The position numbers and the translations under genes were made by a program. This document shows, in pieces, positions 1-10,484 of a DNA stretch of 64,000 nucleotides. Within the stretch, counting starts at the first letter, position 1; every line of letters begins with the position of its first letter. Origin of the DNA: Podarcis tiliguerta (taxonomy: Eukaryota); NCBI GenBank assembly GCA_965153285.1, contig OZ229112.1. One strand, written 5' to 3'. Under the pieces are notes generated by a model, which searched no databases, was not told the origin of the DNA, and saw only the letters and a list, made by a program, of their open reading frames with translations.

Positions 1-76
1 GGTTTTCCCCGGACATTTCACAAATTTCTGCCCGGACACTGCCGCCAACTGCAGTATTCCGGCTATGGCAACCCTA
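1..76. mobile_element. Terminal fragment of a non-autonomous hAT-like DNA transposon, cut by the window edge
   Basis: Ends in TGGCAACCCTA (TAGGGTTGCCA-type terminus); the same terminus recurs at ~44523-44533. Confidence 0.45.
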
Positions 77-367
77 CCAAACATGTTCATTCATGTCCTC
101 TGTATACTATGAGATGATGGTGATTAAATATCCGAAATCACAGCCTTAAAACACTAATCTGGAAGATGATTTGAAAGTGTCACTGAAGCCATATATTCTG
201 GGCAGAAACAGTATTGGGGAACCTTCTGCTGACTCTACCAACTTCCAGGTCATGTCTGAAAAATAGCACAATACATATATTCATTGAAGAGTACTACTCT
301 AAGATCAGGCCAATGCCTTGGATTTTAGAACAGGCTCAGGCTATTTATGGTTCTTTAACTTGAAACC

Positions 368-495
368 CCCCTTCATGGATCACTGCCTTGCCGTGGCGAA
401 GGGGCTTGAAGAACTCAGAGAAGCTATGAACTATGCCGAGCAGGGCACCCAAGATGAACAGGTCATAGTGGAGAGTTTTGACCAAACGTGATCCA
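368..495 (+). ncRNA. Candidate HDV-like ribozyme fold at the Bov-B 5' terminus
   Basis: Hand pairing: P1 CCCCTTC 368-374/GAAGGGG 398-404; P2 TGGATCAC 376-383/GTGATCCA 488-495; P3 GCC 385-387/GGC 395-397 around a 7-nt loop TTGCCGT; P4 410-416/473-479 and 424-429/463-468. Activity is untested. Confidence 0.4.
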
Positions 496-3400
496 CCTGG
501 AGTAGGAATCGGCAAGCCACTCCAGTATCCCTGCCAAGAAAACTCCATGGACAAAGACAACAGGTATATAAAAGTTATGACGCTGGAAGATGAGCCCCTC
601 AGGTCGGAAGGCGTCCAACATGCTACTGGGGAAGAGCGGAGGACAAGTACAAGTAGATCCAGAGCTGATGAAGCGGCTGGGCCAAAGCCGAAAGGACGCT
701 CAGTTGCGGATATGCATGGAAGCGAAAGGAAAGTCCAATGCTGTAAAGAAAAATATTGCATAGGAACCTGGAATGTAAGAACCATGAACCTGGGTAAGTT
801 GGATGTGGTCAAAAATGAGATGGCAAGAATAAACATTGACATCCTGGGCATCAGTGAACTAAAATGGACGGGAATGGGCGAATTCAGTTCGGATGACTAT
901 CATATCTACTACTGTGGGCAAGAAACCCGTAAAAGAAATGGAGTGGCCCTCATAGTCAACAAAAGAGTGGCAAAAGCTGTACTGGGATGCAATCTCAAAA
1001 ATGATAGAATGATCTCGATACGAATCCAAGGCAGACCTTTTAACATCACAGTAATCCAAGTTTATGCACCAACTACTGGTGCTGAAGAAACTGAAATTGA
1101 CCAATTCTATGAAGACTTACAACAGCTTATAGAAGTGACACCAAAGAAGGATGTTCTTCTCATTATAGGGGATTGGAATGCTAAAGTAGGGAATCAAGAG
1201 ATAAAAGGAACAACTGGCAAATTTGGTCTTGGAATTCAAAATGAAGCAGGGCAAAGGCTAATAGAGTTCTGTCAAGAGAACAAGCTGGTCATCACAAACA
1301 CTCTTTTCCAACAACACAAGAGACGACTCTACACATGGACATCACCAGATGGGCAGCATCGAAATCAGATTGATTATATTCTCTGCAGCCAAAGATGGAG
1401 AAGCTCTATACAGTCAGCAAAAACAAGACCTGGAGCTGACTGTGGCTCAGATCATCAGCTTCTTATAGCAAAATTCAAGCTTAAACTGAAGAAAGTAGGA
1501 AAAACCACTGGGCCGGTAAGATACAATCTAAACCAAATCCCCTATGAATACACAGTGGAAGTGAGGAACAGGTTTAAGGATTTAGAATTGCTGGACAGAG
1601 TGCCTGAAGAACTATGGATGGAGGCTCGAAACATTATACAGGAGGCAGCAACGAAAACCATCCCAATGAAAAGGAAATGCAAGAAAGCAAAGTGGTTGTC
1701 CAATGAGGCCTTACAAATAGCGGAGGAGAGAAGGCAAGCAAAATGCGAGGGAGATAGAGAAAGATACAGGAAATTGAATGCAGAATTCCAAAAAATAGCA
1801 AGGAGAGACAAGAAGGCCTTCTTAAATGAGCAATGCAAAGAAATAGAGGAAAACAACAGAATGGGAAGAACCAGAGATCTGTTCAAGAAAATTGGAGATA
1901 TGAAAGGAACATTTCGTTCAAAGATTACCATAATAAAGGACAAAAGTGGTAAGGACCTAACAGAAGCAGAAGACATCAAGAAGAGGTGGCAAGAATACAC
2001 AGAGGAATTATACCAGAAAGATATGGATGTCTCGTACACCCCAGGTAGTGTGGTTGCTGACCTTGAGCCAGACATCCTGGAGAGTGAAGTCAAATGGGCC
2101 TTAGAAAGCATTGCAAATAACAAGGCCAGTGGAAGTGATGGCATTCCAGCTGAACTATTTAAAATTTTAAAAGATGATGCTGTTAAGGTGCTACACTCAA
2201 TATGCCAGCAAGTTTGGAAAACTCAGCAGTGGCCAGAAGATTGGAGAAGGTCAGTCTACATCCCAATCCCAAAGAAGGGCAGTGCTAAAGAATGCTCCAA
2301 CTACCGCACAATTGCACTCATTTCACACGCTAGCAAGGTTATGCTTAAAATTCTTCAAGGAAGGCTCAAGCAGTATGTGGACCGAGAACTCCCAGAAGTG
2401 CAAGCTGGATTTAGAAGAGGCAGGGGAACCAGAGACCAAATTGCAAACATGCGCTGGATTATGGAGAAAGCTAGAGAGTTCCAGAAAGACATCTACTTCT
2501 GCTTCATTGACTATGCAAAAGCCTTTGACTGTGTCGATCACAGCAAACTATGGCAAGTTCTTAAAGAAATGGGAGTGCCTGATCACCTCATCTGTCTCCT
2601 GAGAAATCTCTATGTGGGACAAGAAGCTACAGTTAGAACTGGATATGGAACAACTGATTGGTTCAAAATTGGGAAAGGAGTACGACAAGGCTGTATTTTG
2701 TCTCCCTGCTTATTTAACTTATATGCAGAATTCATCATGCGAAAGGCTGGGCTGGATGAATCCCTAGCCGGAATTAAGATTGCTGGAAGAAATATCAACA
2801 ACCTCAGATATGCAGATGACACAACCTTGATGGCAGAAAGTGAGGAGGAATTAAAAAACCTTTTATTGAGGGTGAAAGAGGAGAGCGCAAAATATGGTCT
2901 GAAGCTCAACATCAAAAAAACGAAGATCATGGCCACTGGTTCCATCACCTCCTGGCAAATAGAAGGGGAGGAAATGGAAGCAGTGAGAGATTTTACTTTC
3001 TTGGGTTCCATGATCACTGCAGATGGTGACAGCAGCCACGAAATTAAGAGACGCCTGCTTCTTGGGAGGAAAGCAATGGCAAACCTAGATAGCATTCTAA
3101 AAAGTAGAGACATCACCTTGCCAACAAAGGTCCGTATAGTAAAAGCTATGGTTTTCCCAGTTGTGATGTATGGAAGTGAGAGCTGGACCATAAAGAAGGC
3201 TGATCGCCGAAGAATTGACGCTTTTGAATTATGGTGCTGGAGGAGACTCTTGAGAGTCCCATGGACTGCAAGAAGATCAAACGCATCCATTCTTAAGGAA
3301 ATCAGCCCTGAGTGCTCACTGGAAGGACAGATCGTGAAGCTGAGGCTCCAATACTTTGGCCACCTCATGAGAAGAGAAGACTCACTGGAAAAGACCCTGA

Positions 3401-3579
3401 TGTTGGGAAAGATGGAGGGCACAAGGAGAAGGGGACGACAGAGGATGAGATGGTTAGACAGCGTTCTCGAAGCTACAAACATGAATCTGACCAAACTGCG
3501 GGTGGCAGTGGAAGACAGAAGTGCCTGGCGTGCTCTGGTCCATGGGGTCACGAAGAGTCGGACACGACTGAACGACTAA
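478..3579 (+). CDS. Bov-B ORF: AP-like endonuclease plus reverse transcriptase, 1033 aa open frame (first ATG at 547)
   Basis: APE motifs GTWNVRT, ILGISE, QVYAPT, IGDWNAK, QIDYIL, GSDHQLL; RT motifs QAGFR, FIDYAKAFD, GVRQGCILSP, RYADD; no stop or frameshift. Confidence 0.96.
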   Translation: MTKRDPPGVGIGKPLQYPCQENSMDKDNRYIKVMTLEDEPLRSEGVQHATGEERRTSTSRSRADEAAGPKPKGRSVADMHGSERKVQCCKEKYCIGTWNVRTMNLGKLDVVKNEMARINIDILGISELKWTGMGEFSSDDYHIYYCGQETRKRNGVALIVNKRVAKAVLGCNLKNDRMISIRIQGRPFNITVIQVYAPTTGAEETEIDQFYEDLQQLIEVTPKKDVLLIIGDWNAKVGNQEIKGTTGKFGLGIQNEAGQRLIEFCQENKLVITNTLFQQHKRRLYTWTSPDGQHRNQIDYILCSQRWRSSIQSAKTRPGADCGSDHQLLIAKFKLKLKKVGKTTGPVRYNLNQIPYEYTVEVRNRFKDLELLDRVPEELWMEARNIIQEAATKTIPMKRKCKKAKWLSNEALQIAEERRQAKCEGDRERYRKLNAEFQKIARRDKKAFLNEQCKEIEENNRMGRTRDLFKKIGDMKGTFRSKITIIKDKSGKDLTEAEDIKKRWQEYTEELYQKDMDVSYTPGSVVADLEPDILESEVKWALESIANNKASGSDGIPAELFKILKDDAVKVLHSICQQVWKTQQWPEDWRRSVYIPIPKKGSAKECSNYRTIALISHASKVMLKILQGRLKQYVDRELPEVQAGFRRGRGTRDQIANMRWIMEKAREFQKDIYFCFIDYAKAFDCVDHSKLWQVLKEMGVPDHLICLLRNLYVGQEATVRTGYGTTDWFKIGKGVRQGCILSPCLFNLYAEFIMRKAGLDESLAGIKIAGRNINNLRYADDTTLMAESEEELKNLLLRVKEESAKYGLKLNIKKTKIMATGSITSWQIEGEEMEAVRDFTFLGSMITADGDSSHEIKRRLLLGRKAMANLDSILKSRDITLPTKVRIVKAMVFPVVMYGSESWTIKKADRRRIDAFELWCWRRLLRVPWTARRSNASILKEISPECSLEGQIVKLRLQYFGHLMRREDSLEKTLMLGKMEGTRRRGRQRMRWLDSVLEATNMNLTKLRVAVEDRSAWRALVHGVTKSRTRLND

Positions 3580-3828
3580 ACAACAACAAAACTTGAAACC
3601 AGACTTGGATTAGAAAGCCCTTCAAAGATAGGATTCACCTTTGACAATATATCAAATAAAAAAATCTCTCTGCTCCATTATTACAGATAGGGTGTGGGGA
3701 ATCTGAATCAGTTTGCATTTAAAAATGAACCTGGCTAATTTTTACTTTCCAAAACAACACACAGCTAGCCTTCAAAATTTGCAGTTTTCCAGATTTTGCA
3801 ATGAAATTCTCCAGCCAATGAATGCATA

Positions 3829-4482
3829 GGTAAAGGTAAAGGGACCCCTGACCATTAGGTCCAGTCGTGACCGACTCTGGGGTTGCGGCGCTCATCTCGC
3901 TTTATTGGCTGAGGGAGCCAGCGTACAGCTTCCGGGTCATGTGGCCAGCATGACTAAGCCGCTTCTGCCGAACCAGAGCAGTGCACGGAAACGCCGTTTA
4001 CCTTCCTGCTGGAAGTTCGTGTTGGTTTCTATTTCCCTCACTGAGCAGCAACTGCAGTCACAAGACATTGTTTTGCATTCCACAGTCCAAGTTACTGTTG
4101 GATTCCCACGGGAATGGGAGACTGGATGTGATGTACACTGGTTTCCTGGATTTCACTGTTTCTCTTGGTGTTCTTTGTGTCAAGAGGGAGTTGCTTCTCT
4201 GCTCTCACAGAGGCAAGATGCATGTTTGTATTCTCTCAGCATAGAGTGTAAATAAAGTTAAAGAATGTGGCACATACTGCTTATCCTTCTGCTGTGTGGA
4301 CTACTCTGCTTGGGCTCAAGATAAGACGAGCCTGTATCAGCTTCAGATGGGCCGAAGCTGGTCAAAAATCTCACAGTTCGTGCTTTCGAACTGCTAGGTT
4401 GGCAGGAGCAGGGACCAAGGAACGGGAGCTCACCCCGTTGCATGGATTCGAACCGCCGACCTTCTGATTGGCAAGCCCTAGA
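3829..4482 (-). mobile_element. Sauria SINE (Squam1), split by a solo LTR
   Basis: Reverse complement of the (ACCTTT)n tail at 3829; body matches the other copies; B box GGTTCGAATCC on the minus strand at ~4444-4454. Confidence 0.92.
4020..4375 (+). mobile_element. Solo LTR, 356 bp
   Basis: TG...CA termini; perfect 5-bp TSD GTTCG (4015-4019, 4376-4380); AATAAA at 4251; cleanly interrupts the SINE. Confidence 0.8.
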
Positions 4483-7400
4483 CTCTACAAAACTGCATAT
4501 ACTGCAGTAATATATAAATGAAAACACATGTATTAAAAATGCATTGCATTCAGGAAAATTGCTTTGTGAAAATGTGTCTATTAGGAGAAATTGCATACAA
4601 ACATGTGCATATTAGGAGGAATTTGCTGATGTATTTTCATGAGGCATTAAAAATAAACAAATCACAAACTGTTGTGGAAATGTGGAAAACTGAATTTAAG
4701 ATTGGAAAAATGAGACACCAAGAAACTGAAATGGGGTAGATTTGCCTGGGCCATCCCTAATGCAGGCATGGTGCTTTGCAGAGTTCTAACCGCCACAGCC
4801 AACCACTAGCAAAAAGGGATTTTAATACAGAAACATCTTTCAGCATAACAGTAAAACTGCTAAAGCTTCTGCTCACGTTATCTGCAGACCAACAAACACG
4901 CTGCTTATTCTGGAGTAACACTAGACAGAAGTGGAAAGGATACAGAATGAAAAATCCAAGAGTGGCGTCTTGCTCCAGCCTGTAATACTAAGAAATTCTA
5001 AATCTAAACCCCCTTAATAGACAGATTACTTGCTGTCTTTATTCCCAAAGATCCTACTAATACTTCTTCAGCTTCACGGATCAGTGCTGAATGAAGCTGC
5101 TGTGGCACATAAACTGGGTTTCATCCCTTTAAAAATCAAACAAGAGTTCATAAAAATATGGCTGCTTCGTTCAAATGGTTGAAACAGCATCCTGTATTCT
5201 GGAGCGGTATCAGGAACATTCATAACCAGATAAGGGTCTTTGGCTGGGGCCTGGAAAACAGCAAAAAACATAGCATAGGCAAATGGGAGAGAGAAAAGCT
5301 CATAGAGCTGCGGTGGGCTCACAGAAAGAGAAATTGACTGGAGACTGACGCCATGACGGTCCTCATTGCCACCAGCAGTCTAAAATTGAACTGGGTTTCC
5401 ATTTTAATTTCCACTGTAGTGCAAAGAAAGCAAGGCAAGAGATTTCTGGTTGGAGAAGATTTGGGGACTCTACTCTGCCCTCTGCTGCAAACATTCAACT
5501 TCCACAATCAGGGAAAAAGTGACATCAACAAAAATGGCCTCATAATGTTGAGAATGCCAGGAGAGATGAAACTGGCACCACATTTCCAATGTAAGTGTCA
5601 CCAGCTCAGTGTCAAAATATACAAACTAGGACCACAAACTACAGTGCTTAATCTTATTAGTTTCAGTGAGCTTAACCATGTTTAACTTTGTGTCAGACTG
5701 TGGCTGACATATCCATTGCACTGATGTGTCAGAGTCTCAACTACTTACTAGGGAGAGGTAGTTGAAAAATGGTGGCATCTCTCCCCGCCCTCATCTTCTG
5801 AATATCTGCTGACTCCCCTAAATCACTGGGCATTTCTTTATTTATCTCCAGATCGGCATAATCCTAAGGAAATCCCACATGCACCCATCCAAATAGCTGC
5901 TGTTCATCTGAGCATTGCTGTACCGCACAATTTTTAAGGGGTTGTCTTGGGATTCCAGATTCATGTGCCAAAAAATAAGCACATGGAACTGAGAGACAGG
6001 CAGGAATGTAGAAAGATGAAAGGTAATCACTGTCGGGAATTCTGACTTAAGGCGAGAAGACCCTCTATTCCTCCAGCTTTCAGAAATGATATCTTTTCAG
6101 CCTTTTCACGAAAACTTCCAAGGAAGAAGACCTACAGCCTACCAGGGCACCTTTCCCCCAACAATTACTTTCTTGTAATTTTAACTTGTAAACCACCTGT
6201 TTTGGAAACCCCTGTGTATAGGGGAAATTGACTATCATACCTTCCCCCAAAGAGCCACAAGAATGGTAATTTGATGAGCATCTGATCTGTTGAAGATCTT
6301 TGCCCCAGTTTCCCCTGGGAATAGGAATGCCTTTATAGGGAGAAAGTTCTTGCACAGGCCAAGCCGCTGGAAGAGAAGGGGTCTGTAGAAGATAGGGTGG
6401 GGATATTCTTGGAAGGCAAAAACAGTAACATTGTTCAGTGAACATGGGGGGGGGGGAGAAATCTCAATACAGATGTTTTCTTTAAAAAAATTGGGGAACA
6501 TCTGGCAATGGTAAACAAATATCTTGACAATATGTGCTCTCAAAAGAAAACAGCAGCCAAATGACCTAGGACCTTTACAGATGATTTAACAAACCAGATT
6601 TCTCTTTCGCCGCTCTCTTCTTGATAGACCAAATCCAGTACTAGTAGCTCAAAATCTCATATCTGTATATTAGAAGGAGGTGAGTAGCCTTATGGTGGGA
6701 TACAGCTGTGCTCATGTTCGCCATGTTCAGCATTTAAAAAGAGGGGTGACGTGTGCTCAAGTGCCAGAGATGGGGAGCACACAGTTATGAAAGATCCGCA
6801 GCTATAATTTCAAAAGATCCAGAAAATGTTGGGAAATAGCTGCAAGCAGAATAGTGGGGAAAGCTTGCTTGTGTTCTCTGCTTAAAATAATAGGACAAGA
6901 ACTTCTGTGTGTGTTACAGGAGAGCAACACTCATCCCCTATTGTTTTTTTTAAGGCACTCAAAAGCAGTCACTTTGCTTCTGCAATCCTTAGAGATTCTT
7001 TAAGCAAAAGAAACTTTCTTCTGTCTTCTTTGGGAATCACACTTTTTAAAAAACAAACAAACAAACAAACAAAAAACCCTCATCACTCTGTGCATGTTCC
7101 CTTACCTAGGTGTTTCACAGAGCTGCTTCCCTCCCTGCAACAAGACACCCATTTCTATCTGAGGAGACTTCCAAACTGTTGCTATTTTCGAGTGGGATTC
7201 TATTATGCACCAGCAAAGTCAAGTTGTTTGATAGGGAGGTCTTGTGCAATAAATCTGCTACCCTAAACAATAGGACTTTTTGCCATTAGGAAAGTGACTG
7301 GAAAATACGATGGAAAACATAGGATAACACTTGCTCTGATGCAGCATCATCTAACCTCCCTGTAAACAAACAGGAATGAATGCTCATTAAGTAGCCAACA

Positions 7401-7487
7401 TCTCCCTGCAAACAGATCAGGCTGAAGCGTCCCAGTCACTGATAGCAATATCAGTGCACAATGAGACCAGCAGTTAAGTGCATAAAC

Positions 7488-7743
7488 CATGGGTAGGCAA
7501 ACTAAGGCCTGGGGGCCAGATCTGGCCCAATCGCCTTCTCAATCTGGCCCGTGGACGGTCCAGGAATCAGCATGTTTTTACATGAGTAGAATGTGTCCTT
7601 TTATTTAAAATGCATCTCTGGGTTATTTGTGAGGCATAGGAATTTGTTCATCCCTCCCCCCCCAAAAAAAATACAGTCCAGCCCCCCACAAGGCCTGAGG
7701 GACAGTGGACTGGCCCCCTGCTGAAAAGGTTTGCTGGCCCCTG
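7488..7743. mobile_element. hAT-Charlie-type MITE (resembles OposCharlie1/OC1 derivatives)
   Basis: Imperfect TIRs CATGGGTAGGCAAAC / GTTTGCTGGCCCCTG; 8-bp TSD GCATAAAC/GCATAAGC (7/8 match). Confidence 0.8.
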
Positions 7744-8891
7744 GCATAAGCCCTTAGAGCTGACTCTGCAGCACACATCTGGCTGGCTGTGAGCTGCAGA
7801 GGGTCAAGACATCTGGCCCTCGTGAGATTTTCACTGTTTGTTAAGTCCAGAGGAGATCAGCCAAATTCAAATTGCAAATCTTAATATGCTCATAACAAAA
7901 TTAGCCGTATTTCCTGAAAGGGTTGAGCAGGTTAGTCATGCCTCTAATACTAAGGGGCATTTGGAAGGAAAATTTCAGTATGCAATTCTTTTACACAGGA
8001 TCAGCTAAACTGGTGCTCCTTTTGGTTAGCCATTGCAGGCTGCATGAAGAAAGGACAGTGTTGCTCATTTTTGGAAAGCTGATGAATGCATGGACGAGCG
8101 GCAGGGGAGGCTGGGGTCACACCTGCTGCTACCTCTCCTATCCTCTGCAGGTCCCAGTCCTGCTGAGCATGTGAATCTTCTGAACCAGAAGTGCTCAGCT
8201 GCAGGCAGAAAGCCTGCCATGTGCGAGACCTTTGCAAAAATAAAACTAAATGGCAATCTGTACATTGAGGCATGCTTCAGATAATGACATGCATCCCTGA
8301 AGCGGCCATGCCCTTTTGAAGAGGCTGTCCTTGTGGAGCACAAGTCAGAACTGGGTTGCCAGGTCTGATTCTGCCCTGTGGTTTGGGTAGTTATGATTGA
8401 AATCTGGGTGGATTTCTAAGGAGTTTTTCTTTATACAATTCTTTCCCGTGACTCTTCCCATCTCCAGTATGATTTACTAGTTTTCTTTTCCGCCCTGCTT
8501 CCCAGTACATTAATTAATCTTTTCAGTAAATAGAAACTGTCAACACATCTGGCAAAACGTACTTGCCCAGAAAAAGTGAAACCTTTGCTTCCTCTTAACA
8601 GCTGCTTTGCAAAAAGTTAAGATTGTACAGCACAATCCTATGCAGGTTTCCTCAGAAGTAAGCCCTGTGTTCCATGCAGCTTACTTCGTAGTAAGTGTGT
8701 TTAGGATTGCAGGATTAATTTCCCATTTAAGCACAAAATGTGGTTCTGGATTATTCTTTGAAGCATGTTCTCTTCTTGACAATGGGGCGGGGGAGGGGAG
8801 AGAAAGAGATAGAGAAGATATACGTAATAACTTGTTTCTTTTCAAAACTCCTACTTCTGAAAGATAATAAATTAAGCCATATTTGTCTGAA

Positions 8892-9111
8892 GGTTCATCC
8901 ACACTTCCAGTTGTTCCATGCTTAGAAAGAATGAGTCAGAGCAGTTTCCCTCTTGCCCTCTCCTTTCTCAGGGAAAACCTGCTCTTTAGCGATAAATTGG
9001 AACAAATGGCAATCCGCAAACAACCCAAATTGCTGTTTGCTCCAATTGAGCGCTAAAGAGCAATTTTCCCCAGAGATAAGCAACCAGACAAGAGGAAGTG
9101 TGGATAAGCCC
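8892..9111. mobile_element. Palindromic MITE, possibly PIF/Harbinger-type
   Basis: ATCCACACTTCC...GGAAGTGTGGAT inverted ends; inner inverted repeat GCTCTTTAGCG/CGCTAAAGAGC; related copy at 40335-40545. Confidence 0.65.
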
Positions 9112-10484
9112 TCAGACTCCATCAAACTGAAGACAGTTGGAAATAACATTCCCCGACACAGGGCTAGCCCTATTATTAAGTAGAGTGAGGCATCCTGCCA
9201 AACTCCACCACAATTGCTTCCTTTCAACCACCTTCCATAAACTCCAACTCACCACAGCAATGGTCAAATCAAGGGCTCTTGGGATTGCAATTGCAAAGGC
9301 TCATGGGATTGCTAGGCACTGTTTTTTGTGCATTTTCTGACCTGTTTGCGCTTTTTTAGGGCCATTTTTAAATGCAGTTCTGGGTTCAGCGTGATGCACG
9401 TAAGCCCAGTTGTGCACATATTGCATGTGCGTAAATGGCGGTGGTGTTGCCTGTATTCAGTGTTGCTTCAGGCAGACCCCTTCTTTCCTTAAAGCAATAT
9501 AAGTGAAAAAAGCCAAGATCCAAACAATTAGCAATAAAACACTCCATCCTATGCTCATGAGATCTATGACCATACTTGCATTGCTAAGCTTTAAAACAAG
9601 AGTTCAAAGTATGAGAAATATGAGGTCATTGTAGCACTAAAATCAAGCCACTGACGAAGAGATCAGTAGACTATTCAAAGGGAAAGTACAAAGGGCTATC
9701 TTTCTGTCATCTCCCACCAAGAAAGCTTGATGGTGGCTTACAGGAACTGTGAACATGACTCAATGATAACACTTGAAAAGGGATTCAGAACTTTGAACTA
9801 AAAAGGGTCTCTTCCCCACCTCCACCACTTTTTTTTGTATCTCTGGCAGACTTGCTCTCAATTATGGTTAGCTGAAATAGCAAGCAGGGCTTGGCTTTGA
9901 AAAGCCTCTTATCTTGTTCCAAAAAACACTGAAATGCCCAGCACAATCTCACTATCTCTCTTTCCTGTTTTGCGGCATGCTGGGCTGATACATGCATGAG
10001 GGGCAGTGGTGTGGGAAGTAGCTTCCACATGGCTTCTTCTCATGCTCCAACCTACGGTAAACTCTGGATCCCACATGGGCGGGACCAGTGATGTACTGCC
10101 ACTCAACCATGAAACAGAGAGCCAGGAGTTTCCAGTCAAGGGACATGTTATGTTAACCTTGTATTTGGTCATGGATTATGGTGATGAATAGAAGCCATAA
10201 AGGGAGAATCAAGAATGGGATCATGTTCTGGACAAAAATCCTTCCCCAAGCTGTGATTTGTGCGGTACTGCTGTTGTCACCAATACATCTCTCCCCACTC
10301 CCCAAATAGTAACATTGATGTGTGTATTTGTGACTTTCATCGGGAGAAAGCATGGGAATAAAAGCTGAAGGGAGGAATTCAACATTGTGCTCTTCTGATC
10401 ATTCTATCAGTGCAAACATTTCAGCTTGCCAAATGGAACGATTCCTCCTTTCCTCACCCTACACACTGTTCTAACGGTTGTCCT

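Larger units (their letters stand above)
368..3589 (+). mobile_element. Full-length Bov-B (RTE-clade) LINE
   Basis: Perfect 11-bp TSD AACTTGAAACC at 357-367 and 3590-3600; single long APE+RT ORF; Bov-B-type 3' end GGGGTCACGAAGAGTCGGACACGACTGAACGACTAAA plus (CAA)n tail. Confidence 0.96.
3688..4760. mobile_element. Old AT-rich non-autonomous DNA-transposon-like repeat, interrupted by a Sauria SINE and a solo LTR
   Basis: Termini resemble AGGG(T/A)G...CCATCCCTA; related sequence at ~46250-46420, 46960-47100, 49720-49980 and 52010-52150. Confidence 0.45.

Noticed and set aside
345-3596. ORFs overlapping Bov-B (345-851, 1542-2144, 2174-2602, 2610-3551 and others)
   Set aside because: Antisense or alternate-frame shadows of the real RT ORF; no independent motifs.
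5074-5322. Minus-strand ORF with an acceptor-like TTTTCCAG before APAKDPYLVMNVPDTAPEYRMLF
   Set aside because: No recognisable homology and no partner exon; consistent with chance. A BLASTX would settle it.
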